NCBI GenBank assembly: GCA_005776585.1
Contig: SXOX01000276.1
Coordinates: 142 to 64,141, forward strand
Length of the DNA stretch: 64,000 nt
Reading direction: 5' to 3'
Source: Pseudomonadota bacterium
Lineage (GTDB): Bacteria > Myxococcota_A > UBA9042 > GCA-2863065
Position 1 is the stretch's first letter; each line of letters starts with the position of its first letter. The notes beneath the pieces were generated by a model, which was given only the letters and a program-made list of their open reading frames with translations, was not told the DNA's origin and searched no databases. Of this stretch, positions 1 through 7,878 are shown piece by piece. The position numbers and the translations under genes were made by a program.

Positions 1-652
1 CGAATAGCGGCGACTCCTGCATGCGGACGCGGATGTAGAGCGAGACGGCCAGCAGCGCGAAGCTCAGCAGGAACGGCAGCCGCCAGCCCCACGACCGAAA
101 GGCCTCCTCGCCGCCAACGAGGCGCGTCGTGCCGATGACGCCGAGACTCAAGAAGAAGCCGAGCGTGGCCGTCGTTTGAATGTAGCTCGTGTAATAGCCG
201 CGGCGGTGGTCGGGGACGTGCTCGGCGACGTAGGTCGCGGCTCCGCCGTATTCACCCCCGAGCGCGAGCCCTTGGAGCAGCCGCAGGAGCACGAGCAGCA
301 CGGTCGCGAGCAGCCCTGCATTGGCGTACGTGGGGAGCAGCCCGATGAGCGCCGTCGAGATGCCCATCGTCGCCATCGTGACGAGGAACGTGTACTTGCG
401 CCCGATGCGATCGCCGAGGTGACCAAAGACGATGGCGCCGAGGGGACGTACGCCAAAGCCGGCGCCGAAGGTCGCGAGGCTGGCCAGGAGCTGCGCCGTC
501 GGGCTCTCGGTCGGGAAGAACAGCCCGCCAAAGAAGACTGCAAGGCTGCCGTAGAGGTAGAAGTCATACCACTCGAACAGCGTCCCCAACGACGCCGCCA
601 CGACGATGCGCCGAATGGCCCGAGGATCACTCGGCTCGGTGGCCTCAGTCAT
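1..652 (-). CDS. MFS transporter of the metabolite:H+ symporter type (ProP/KgtP/ShiA-like); only the N-terminal ~217 codons are in the window
   Basis: Open at the window edge, so absent from the ORF track. Own reverse-strand translation from ATG (652-650) gives MTEATEPSDPRAIRRIVVAASLGTLFEWYDFYLYGSL... and later GAIVFGHLGDRIGRKYTFLV (MFS D-R-x-G-R-K loop). Hydrophobic helices throughout. Confidence 0.85.
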   Translation of the reverse strand, partial: MTEATEPSDPRAIRRIVVAASLGTLFEWYDFYLYGSLAVFFGGLFFPTESPTAQLLASLATFGAGFGVRPLGAIVFGHLGDRIGRKYTFLVTMATMGISTALIGLLPTYANAGLLATVLLVLLRLLQGLALGGEYGGAATYVAEHVPDHRRGYYTSYIQTTATLGFFLSLGVIGTTRLVGGEEAFRSWGWRLPFLLSFALLAVSLYIRVRMQESPLF

Positions 653-661
653 TGCCGGCCA

Positions 662-1012
662 CTATCGGCGAAAGTGCGGGTTCTGAATGAGCCCGATCGC
701 GTTCCCGTAGGGGTCGGTCACGACCGACGTGCGAATGTCGCCGCCGACGTCGGTCACCGCATGCAGCTCGGTTGCGCCATGCGCCAGGAAGCGAGCATGC
801 GCCGCGTCGAGGTCGGCGACGCCCCAGTAGGCCGTGACGCCTCGGTTGCCGGCGACGTTCACCGGAGGCTCCTCTGGGACGAGGCCGAGCTCGAAGCCGG
901 CGACGTCGAAGCCCACGTAGAAGGGCTGATCAAAGTACGGCCGGACGTCGAAGACGCCGGCGTACCAGTCGCGTGCCGCGCCGAGGTCCGGCACGGGCGT
1001 GATGGCGGTCAT
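662..1012 (-). CDS. VOC / glyoxalase-bleomycin resistance family protein
   Basis: Last 116 aa of ORF 662..1561(-), from ATG at 1012: MTAITPVPDLGAARDWYAGVFD...GFELGLVPEE...DPYGNAIGLIQN. The upstream part of the ORF is Arg-rich shadow sequence overlapping the next gene. Alternative ATG at 1033. Confidence 0.75.
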   Translation of the reverse strand: MTAITPVPDLGAARDWYAGVFDVRPYFDQPFYVGFDVAGFELGLVPEEPPVNVAGNRGVTAYWGVADLDAAHARFLAHGATELHAVTDVGGDIRTSVVTDPYGNAIGLIQNPHFRR

Positions 1013-1077
1013 GAGCGCGGTGGCAGCAGGCATCCGGCGAGCATCGGGCGTCCACGCGGCGCTTGTCAAACCGCCGG

Positions 1078-1761
1078 TCAATCCACCGCGCGCGCTGCCG
1101 TCGCGTATTGGACGAGATCGCGGCTCTCGAGTACCGCCTTTGGTCCGCCATGACGCGCGAGGTGGAGCATCGCGCGCCCGAGGTCCTCGGTCGTGGTCGC
1201 GAAGCCGGGCGCGAGCGCTTTGAGCACCGGGTAGAAGACTCCGAGGACGCGGTACATGACCCGCGTCAGGCGGCCGCTCGCAAGGATGCCGTGGCGCGGT
1301 TGGATGTAAGCCGGTCGCACCATGAACGCCGACGTGAATGGCAGCTTCAGCAGCGCGTTCTCGGTCTGGCCCTTGACTCGGGCCCACATCGTCCGGCCAC
1401 GGCCCGTGCTGTCGGTCCCCGCGCCGGACACGAAGATGAAGCGCACCTCGGGGCTTCCGGCGAGCAGCGCGTTGGCGGCCGCGAGCGCGACGTCGTAGGT
1501 GACGCGGCGGTAGTCGGCCTCGTTCATACCGGCCGACGACGTCCCGAGGCAGAAGAAGCACACGTCGTGGCCGCTCAGGTCGGCGGCGATGGCGCCGAAA
1601 TCGCGAAAGTCAGCGTGGAGGACCTCGCGGAGCTTGGGGTGGGACGTTCCCGTCGTGCGGCGCGCGACCGAGACGACGCGCGTGACGCCAGGGTCCTTCA
1701 GACACTCGCGCAACACGCCCTGGCCGATCATGCCCGTGGCGCCGAAAAGTAAAACGTTCAT
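1078..1761 (-). CDS. NAD(P)H-binding atypical SDR / NmrA-like protein
   Basis: 227 aa with N-terminal Rossmann motif MNVLLFGATGMIGQGV. Length and pattern fit the NAD(P)H-binding epimerase-like family. Confidence 0.8.
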   Translation of the reverse strand: MNVLLFGATGMIGQGVLRECLKDPGVTRVVSVARRTTGTSHPKLREVLHADFRDFGAIAADLSGHDVCFFCLGTSSAGMNEADYRRVTYDVALAAANALLAGSPEVRFIFVSGAGTDSTGRGRTMWARVKGQTENALLKLPFTSAFMVRPAYIQPRHGILASGRLTRVMYRVLGVFYPVLKALAPGFATTTEDLGRAMLHLARHGGPKAVLESRDLVQYATAARAVD

Positions 1762-1776
1762 GACGGACTCCTTTGA

Positions 1777-4008
1777 CTAGTAACTCGGTCCGAGCGCGGG
1801 ATCGTGGGGCTCCCAACGCGTAGGGAAGAGCGCCCGCCGCACCTCCGCGGCGCGCTCGGGGCTCTCCCAGGCCGCCAGCGTGCGCAGCAAGTGTTCGGCC
1901 ACGCGTCGGACATAGTTACGCGTCTCGTGCGGGCCGATGTCGTCAATCAACACATCGAGCGGTGGTCGCGACGCGGCGGGGGTGGCCGAGCGGGTCAGCT
2001 CCGTGTCGAGCAGGGCGGGACCGCCGTTGTAGGCGGCCATCGCGAAGACAAGCTGACCCCGATACCGCTTGACGAGCCCTCCGAGGTACGCGGTCCCCCA
2101 CCGGACGTTCCAGGCGGGGACCATGAGCTTCCAGAGGCCGTAGTTATCGCCGAGCTCCTTGGCCAGCCGGCGCGCGGTGCGGTCGAGCAGCTCCAAGAGC
2201 CCGAAGGCGGGAGCGCCCGAGATCATCCTCGGGTCGTAGCGCGACTCCTGGAGCATGTGGGCGTAGACCATCGCCTCGGGTACCCCGAAGGACGTCGCGG
2301 CGGCGAGCACGTGTGTGCGATAGGCCCGCGGGTAGATGGCGCGCCACGCCGCAACGGTGTGGGGGGTCGGCCGCGGACCGAGGCGGGCACCGAGCTTCCG
2401 GCGGGCCTCGCGACGCGGCTCGTGCTCCTGTTCGAGGCGATCGCGGAGGCCGGCCTCGAGCGTCTCCAGGCGCGCGTGTCCGAGCGCCTTGGACAGGGCA
2501 GGGCGCACCTCGCGCAGGACGTCGCGCAGCGCATCGGGGTCGCCCAAGAGGGCCGCAAGTCTCAGGCGCCGGAGCGCCGGAGACGCCGGGAGCCTCCGGA
2601 ACGGGTCGCGTGGCTTTGGTGGCGCGGGCACCGAGACCGCGGCGGGGACTCGTTCCAAAGCGCCATGGTCGCGCAGGCGCTGCTCGGCGAGCGCGCCATA
2701 CCACGTGAGGGGCTGCTCCCGCGCGAGGGTGGCCCAGGTGGTGAGCGCGTCGTCCTTCTTTCCGAGCGCCCACTGCGCGCGGCCCGACCAGTACCGCGCC
2801 TTGCCGCCGACGAGCGAGTTCCCATGCGAGCGCATCGGTCCCAGGTCGCGCAGCGCTGCGGCGAAGTCACCGGCGAGAAAGCGCCAGAAGGCGACGAACC
2901 ACAGAAACCGCGGACGGTCGAAGCTCCCACGCGCCGTCGCCAGAAACGCCGCCAGCGACTTTGCTGCTTCGGCGGGACGCCCCCCGAGGCGCAGCGCTCG
3001 GCCGCGATCGTAGTGCACCTCGGCGAGCTCCTTGGCCTCCGCGGTGCTCCCGTGGCGCGACAGCCATTGGTCGAAGGCGCCTACCGACTCGGCGGTCCGG
3101 CCAAGCTTGCCCAGAACGATCGCCAAGGAGTGCAGCGCGCTCCGGGCCAGCGTCGCGTCAGGCGCGGCGGCTGCCACGGCGAGGTACTTCGCGGCGCCGG
3201 CGTAGTCGTCGCGCAGCCGCTCGGAGCCGATCTTGCCGAGGAAGAACGCCGCCTCGTGCACGAACTTCCCCGCGGTCAGGAGCGTGACCGCCTCCGTCCG
3301 GCACGGCTCGTAGGCGCGGCGCTTGAAGAGAAGGTCCATGCGCGCCTTGCGCTCGGCGGTCGAGAGCGACTCGAGCGGCACGCGGCTCAGGGCCAGCGTC
3401 GCGTACGCGCTCTCCGGGTGGTGGAGGAGCAATCGGCGAAAGCGGGTACGCGCCTCGTTCGCGGAGCCGCCGGGCGCTTCGAGCAGCACTGCGGCGCGAT
3501 AGAGGAGCTCGTCGGCGGGAACGGCGAGCGTGCTCTTGGCGGCCAGCCGGTCGAGCACCGCGGCGGCCGCCTTTGGCGCGAGCGCCTGTTCGGCGGCAGT
3601 GGCGAGCAGCGCGTCGCGCGCGCCAGGTCGAAAGTCGCTCTTGGCCATGGCCACAAGGTCTCGGTAGGCCGCCTTCGCATCGCCGATGACGATGCGGTGC
3701 TCTGCCTCGGCCAGGCGCCACGCGGCGGCGTGGACCTCCCGCAGGGCGGCAGCGCCTCGCCACGCGGCGCGCGCCCGATTCGCGTCGCCACGCCGCGCAG
3801 TGACGCGCGCCCGATGGAACGCCGCCAGGCTGCGCACGTCGCTTTCACGTGATCGCTCGAGCGACTCCAAGGTGGCCAGTACGGCGTCGCTCCCCCCGTC
3901 GAGCGCTCGCAGGCGGTCCACGGCGTCGGCGAGACGCGACCAGTCGTCACCGGCCGCCTGGGAGGCGAGGCCGCAGACGATCAGCGCGACGCATGACGCG
4001 CGCGTCAC
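1777..4008 (-). CDS. soluble lytic murein transglycosylase (Slt70-like helical-repeat N-domain plus SLT catalytic domain)
   Basis: ORF 1777..4917(-) trimmed to GTG at 4008-4006 (VTRASCVALIVCGLASQAAGDD, signal-like), giving a GTGA overlap with the upstream stop. C-terminal SLT motifs: LQESRYDP (catalytic Glu), GLLELL, AAYNGGP. Confidence 0.85.
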   Translation of the reverse strand: MTRASCVALIVCGLASQAAGDDWSRLADAVDRLRALDGGSDAVLATLESLERSRESDVRSLAAFHRARVTARRGDANRARAAWRGAAALREVHAAAWRLAEAEHRIVIGDAKAAYRDLVAMAKSDFRPGARDALLATAAEQALAPKAAAAVLDRLAAKSTLAVPADELLYRAAVLLEAPGGSANEARTRFRRLLLHHPESAYATLALSRVPLESLSTAERKARMDLLFKRRAYEPCRTEAVTLLTAGKFVHEAAFFLGKIGSERLRDDYAGAAKYLAVAAAAPDATLARSALHSLAIVLGKLGRTAESVGAFDQWLSRHGSTAEAKELAEVHYDRGRALRLGGRPAEAAKSLAAFLATARGSFDRPRFLWFVAFWRFLAGDFAAALRDLGPMRSHGNSLVGGKARYWSGRAQWALGKKDDALTTWATLAREQPLTWYGALAEQRLRDHGALERVPAAVSVPAPPKPRDPFRRLPASPALRRLRLAALLGDPDALRDVLREVRPALSKALGHARLETLEAGLRDRLEQEHEPRREARRKLGARLGPRPTPHTVAAWRAIYPRAYRTHVLAAATSFGVPEAMVYAHMLQESRYDPRMISGAPAFGLLELLDRTARRLAKELGDNYGLWKLMVPAWNVRWGTAYLGGLVKRYRGQLVFAMAAYNGGPALLDTELTRSATPAASRPPLDVLIDDIGPHETRNYVRRVAEHLLRTLAAWESPERAAEVRRALFPTRWEPHDPALGPSY

Positions 4009-5750
4009 TGCGGCTCGAGTCGCAGGTGCTGAAGCCAGGCGATGAGGTAGCCCGTGTCTGGCGCACTCAGATGATCGAAGCGCGGCATCCCGGAGCCCAG
4101 CGGGCCATAGAAGCGCTCGTGCGTCGGGTCCTTCAGCAGCCCACGGAGCCACTCGGCGCTGCCGTAGCCCTGGAGCGACGGACCGGCAGCCGCGGTGCCG
4201 TCGAGCGTGTGACACGTCGAGCACTCCGCGTCGAAGGGTGCCGCGGCGGCGGCGACGCGCTCTGGGTTGATGGGGGGCTCGTGGACCAGGCCCGACTGGC
4301 TGGCGATGAGCTCGGTGAGCGCATCGAGCGCGTCTGGTCCGAGGTGCGCGAAGGCCGGCATTCCGGTCCCGGCGTCCTCGTCCCGGCGGAGCTTCGTGCG
4401 ACCGTAGCGCTCGTCCGCGCTCGGGTTCTCCAAGAAGCCGCGAATCCAGGCGCGAGAGAGATAGCCGTCGAGCCGTGGGGACTTCGGGATGCGGTCGGTG
4501 CGCCCCGGATCCGGTGACCCGACCTGGTGGCACTCGCCACATTTTTCGCGTCGAAACACGCGCTTGCCCTCGAAGAGGACGACCTTGCCCTCCGCGTCGA
4601 TGCCGACGTTGAAGACGCCCGCGTAGCGCGCGGCCTCGGCGGCCTCGATGCGCGCGAGCGCCTGCTTGTCCTGGACGGCCGGATCCCGCGCGTCCTCGAG
4701 GAGAGCCTGCGCCGTAAGGCCACCGACGCCGACGAGGCCGCCGAGAAACGGCACGACGAACGCGAGCCGCGCCCGCGGGTGGCGATCGCCCTTGCGGTCG
4801 AGAAACGGCAGCAGCATCAAGAACGCTCCGACCGCCCCGGGCAGAACGACGGTGCCCACGAGCGTGAGCGGCCCCTCGAAGATCTTGAGGAGCTGAAACA
4901 GGAACAGGTAGTACCACTCGGGTCGCGCCTCATAGTCGGCGCTCTGATCGGCGGGGGCCTCCAGCGAGGCGCCAAGGGTCAGCGAGAGCACGACGAGGGT
5001 CACGACGACGAGCGCCACCGCGAACAGGTTGAGCAACGCCTGCCCGGGCCAGAAGGGCGCGGAGCCCGCCTCACCCGCGGGCCGCCACGGCAAGGGCGTG
5101 TAGCCGTGCCGGCGATGAAGCCCGACGTGAATGGCCAAGAGCCCGAACAGTAGCGCCGGGAGCACGAAGACATGAGTGGCGTAAAAGCGCGACAGCGTCG
5201 CGTTGCCGTAGTCCGTACCGCCCATCGCGAGCTGCTGTACCGCGCCGCCGACGCCGGGGAGCGTGCCCATGATCCCGGTCGCGACCCGCGTGGCCCAGTA
5301 ACCCTTCTGATCCCACGGGAGGAGATAGCCCGTGAGCGAGAAGCCAAGCACGACGGCGAGCAGCATGACGCCGGAGAGCCAGTTGAGTTCGCGCGGCGCG
5401 CGGTAGGCGCCAGCGAGGAAGGTCTGCGTCATGTGGAGGACCAGGAGCACGACGACTGCGCTGGCTCCGAAGTGGTGCGCGCCACGAATCAGCCAGCCGA
5501 GCGTGACCTCGTTCTGGATGAAGTAGACCGAGCCCCAGGCATCGGTCGAGGACGGGACGAAGTGAAACGCCAGCAGCACCCCGGTGAGCGTCTGGAGGAG
5601 GAACGCCATGGCGAGCGTGAAGCCAAAGACGTAGGAGATGCTGGGACCGCCAGGAACCGTCATCGCAAAGAAGCGGCGCAGTCCGGTGACCCAGCCGGAG
5701 CGGGCGTCGAGCCAGCCGAGCAGGCCGGTAGAGCCGCGTGGCGAGCTCAT
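4005..5750 (-). CDS. cytochrome b (b6-type plus subunit IV-like) fused to a C-terminal dihaem cytochrome c
   Basis: 581 aa from ATG 5750 (ATGA overlap with the Rieske stop). Haem-b ligand pairs HHFGASAVVVLLVLH (H-x13-H) and HVFVLPALLFGLLAIH (H-x14-H). Qo-site PEWY (ARPEWYYLF). Two CxxCH motifs (CGECH, CSTCH) in the C-terminal ~200 aa. Confidence 0.9.
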   Translation of the reverse strand: MSSPRGSTGLLGWLDARSGWVTGLRRFFAMTVPGGPSISYVFGFTLAMAFLLQTLTGVLLAFHFVPSSTDAWGSVYFIQNEVTLGWLIRGAHHFGASAVVVLLVLHMTQTFLAGAYRAPRELNWLSGVMLLAVVLGFSLTGYLLPWDQKGYWATRVATGIMGTLPGVGGAVQQLAMGGTDYGNATLSRFYATHVFVLPALLFGLLAIHVGLHRRHGYTPLPWRPAGEAGSAPFWPGQALLNLFAVALVVVTLVVLSLTLGASLEAPADQSADYEARPEWYYLFLFQLLKIFEGPLTLVGTVVLPGAVGAFLMLLPFLDRKGDRHPRARLAFVVPFLGGLVGVGGLTAQALLEDARDPAVQDKQALARIEAAEAARYAGVFNVGIDAEGKVVLFEGKRVFRREKCGECHQVGSPDPGRTDRIPKSPRLDGYLSRAWIRGFLENPSADERYGRTKLRRDEDAGTGMPAFAHLGPDALDALTELIASQSGLVHEPPINPERVAAAAAPFDAECSTCHTLDGTAAAGPSLQGYGSAEWLRGLLKDPTHERFYGPLGSGMPRFDHLSAPDTGYLIAWLQHLRLEPQ

Positions 5751-6331
5751 GCGGCGCCGCTGCCGACCGGGATGCGCTCGGCCGTGCCCGTCTTGAATCG
5801 CTCGTAGCGGACCCAGAGCGCGTCGTCTTTGACCGCGTGCTCGAGCGCGTCCATCGGGCGCGGTGCCGGGTTGGTCCCGCCGAGGACCACTTTGGTGCCG
5901 TCGAGGCCGAAGCGCGCGTTGTGGCACGGGCAGCGGAACGGGGTCTCAGCCTCGCCGGTCGCGTTGACCGAGCAGCCGAGGTGCGGGCACGTGGTGGACA
6001 GGACCGTGAACGCCGGTGGCTTCTCCGCCGTGCGAATGACCCACACGCTTCCGACGGTCACCGCGGGCGTCGTGAGCCAGGCATCCTGGCGGGGTGCGGT
6101 CACGGCGACCTTCATCGGCTTGCCGAGCTCGAAGTGCTCCACCGGTCCGACGCGGGTCAGCCCCGTCGCAAAGCGCACGGAGGAGCGGCGGAGCGGGTGC
6201 CCCAGGAACAACGCGACGGGCGCCGCGATGGCGGCCGTGAGCGTCGCGCCGACCGCCTTGGCCAGCGTGACCAGGACACGACGGCGTGCGGCGCTGGGCG
6301 TGCCCGCAGGAGGAGAGGATGTGGTCGTCAT
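5747..6331 (-). CDS. Rieske [2Fe-2S] subunit of a Rieske/cytochrome b complex
   Basis: 194 aa from ATG 6331. Twin-arginine-like leader SAARRRVLV followed by a TM segment. Cluster boxes CPHLGC and CPCHNARF. Confidence 0.9.
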   Translation of the reverse strand: MTTTSSPPAGTPSAARRRVLVTLAKAVGATLTAAIAAPVALFLGHPLRRSSVRFATGLTRVGPVEHFELGKPMKVAVTAPRQDAWLTTPAVTVGSVWVIRTAEKPPAFTVLSTTCPHLGCSVNATGEAETPFRCPCHNARFGLDGTKVVLGGTNPAPRPMDALEHAVKDDALWVRYERFKTGTAERIPVGSGAA

Positions 6332-6374
6332 CGGTCCACTTTCAGCGCGTGGAGCGTTAGCCGTGCTAGCCGTG

Positions 6375-7805
6375 CTAGCGAAAATCAATCGAGAGCTCGA
6401 ACAGCGCCCCACCCGGAACCACTCCAGGCAGGATCGAGACCCCGGAGGCGACACCGGGCGCGCCGCCTCCATCGGTGGCCATGAGCACGATGCCGGTGAT
6501 GAGGAGCGCGCCTGCTGCACCATAGAGCCCGTAGGAGGCGTACATGAGCTTCTTGGACTTGTCTTCGAGCGCCAGCGCGTCGGTGCGGTGCAGGTCCTCG
6601 CGAATGAGGACCTCCTGGTCGCCCGACTTGGCCTTGAACAAGCGCGCGTTCTGAAACGAGCGCTTGTCGAGCGCCGCGACGATGGTGAGCGCGATCCCGG
6701 TGGCCGCGGCGACGCTGCCGAGCGTCAGGGTCGTGATCCCGAACGCGCGCTGGGTGGTCATGGCACGGCCCGTGGGGCGCGGCGGCTGGACGACGCCATC
6801 CAGCACGGCATCGACCGTCACGACGCTGTTGGCGATGACCGTCGTCGTTCCGCGCCACGGCCGCTTGCCGGGGGCGACGATCTCGATGGTGACGGGCCCA
6901 GGGCGGAGCTTGAGAGGTGCGGCCAGTGGCGTGCGACCGACGGCCGTGCCATCGACACGCACCTCGGCGCCGGAGACCGCGGTCGCTACTACCAGCTCGC
7001 CCATCATGCCCACGGCCTCGAGCTTGGCCTCGAGCTTGAGTGTCTCGCCCGGCAGCTTGGCGAAGTCCAACGTGCGAGACGCAAAGCCCGGCTTGCTGAC
7101 CTCGACCTTGTAGCGGCCCGACGAGAGCTCGATGACGCACGGGCACCGCCCCAGCGGGCGCGGCGTGGAGCCGAGCAGGAGCGCGGTCGCGTCATCGGGC
7201 TCCGTGGTCAGCAGCACGGGCGTCGGGCTGTCGCGCAGGACGAGGCGCACCTGTTGCGGCGCGCCGGGCGCGACGATGATGTCGGAGTGCTGGGCCTCGT
7301 ACTTCTCGAGCACCACGTCGATGCCATGGGCACCCAGAGAGAGGGCAAGCCCCTGGATCGGCGACTTGCCAATCTCCCGCCCGTCGACGCGTACGGTGGC
7401 GCCCGAGGGCTCCGTCTCGACGTTGATGGTCCCAGACTTGGGTCGCCGCTCGATCTTGAGCCGCAGCTCCGCGAGCTTCTTCTTGACGGCGGGCGCGTTC
7501 TTCGCCTTGGGCGCGATGGTGAGGAAGTTCGCGAAGAACTTCACGGCGTTGTCGAGATCGCCCATGTCCTCGTGGACGCGCGCGATGTTGTAGACGAGCG
7601 ACGGGTTGGGATCGAGGACGTACGCCTGCATCAGCTCCTTGAGCGCGAGGTCATACTTCCGCTCCTTGAAATACGCCGTACCGCGCTCGAAGTGCTCGCG
7701 GGCCAGCACGAGCTTGTCCTGCGCGTGCGCCTCCGGAATCGCGAGGGACATGGCGGCGCTGAGGGCAATCACGCAGGAGAGGCAGCGGGCGAGGAGCGTC
7801 GGCAC
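6375..7805 (-). CDS. secreted TPR plus multi-PEGA domain protein
   Basis: 476 aa, GTG start. Signal peptide ending AHA-QD. TPR-like segment (YFKERKYDLALKELMQAY...). Repeated PEGA-type modules (EPSGATVRVDGREIGKSP; SGAEVRVDGTAVGRTP). C-terminal TM segment. Confidence 0.8.
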   Translation of the reverse strand: MPTLLARCLSCVIALSAAMSLAIPEAHAQDKLVLAREHFERGTAYFKERKYDLALKELMQAYVLDPNPSLVYNIARVHEDMGDLDNAVKFFANFLTIAPKAKNAPAVKKKLAELRLKIERRPKSGTINVETEPSGATVRVDGREIGKSPIQGLALSLGAHGIDVVLEKYEAQHSDIIVAPGAPQQVRLVLRDSPTPVLLTTEPDDATALLLGSTPRPLGRCPCVIELSSGRYKVEVSKPGFASRTLDFAKLPGETLKLEAKLEAVGMMGELVVATAVSGAEVRVDGTAVGRTPLAAPLKLRPGPVTIEIVAPGKRPWRGTTTVIANSVVTVDAVLDGVVQPPRPTGRAMTTQRAFGITTLTLGSVAAATGIALTIVAALDKRSFQNARLFKAKSGDQEVLIREDLHRTDALALEDKSKKLMYASYGLYGAAGALLITGIVLMATDGGGAPGVASGVSILPGVVPGGALFELSIDFR

Positions 7806-7878
7806 GCGCGTAGTTTGGGGCCTCCCCCTGCCCGGGTCAACGAGGCTGCTCCTCAGGTGAGATCCTCAGCAAAGATCA

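Noticed and set aside
1804-3852. 682-aa ORF on the + strand
   Set aside because: It is antisense to the motif-supported lytic transglycosylase gene. Its translation is Arg/Gly/Ala/Pro-rich with no motifs, which is typical high-GC shadow sequence.
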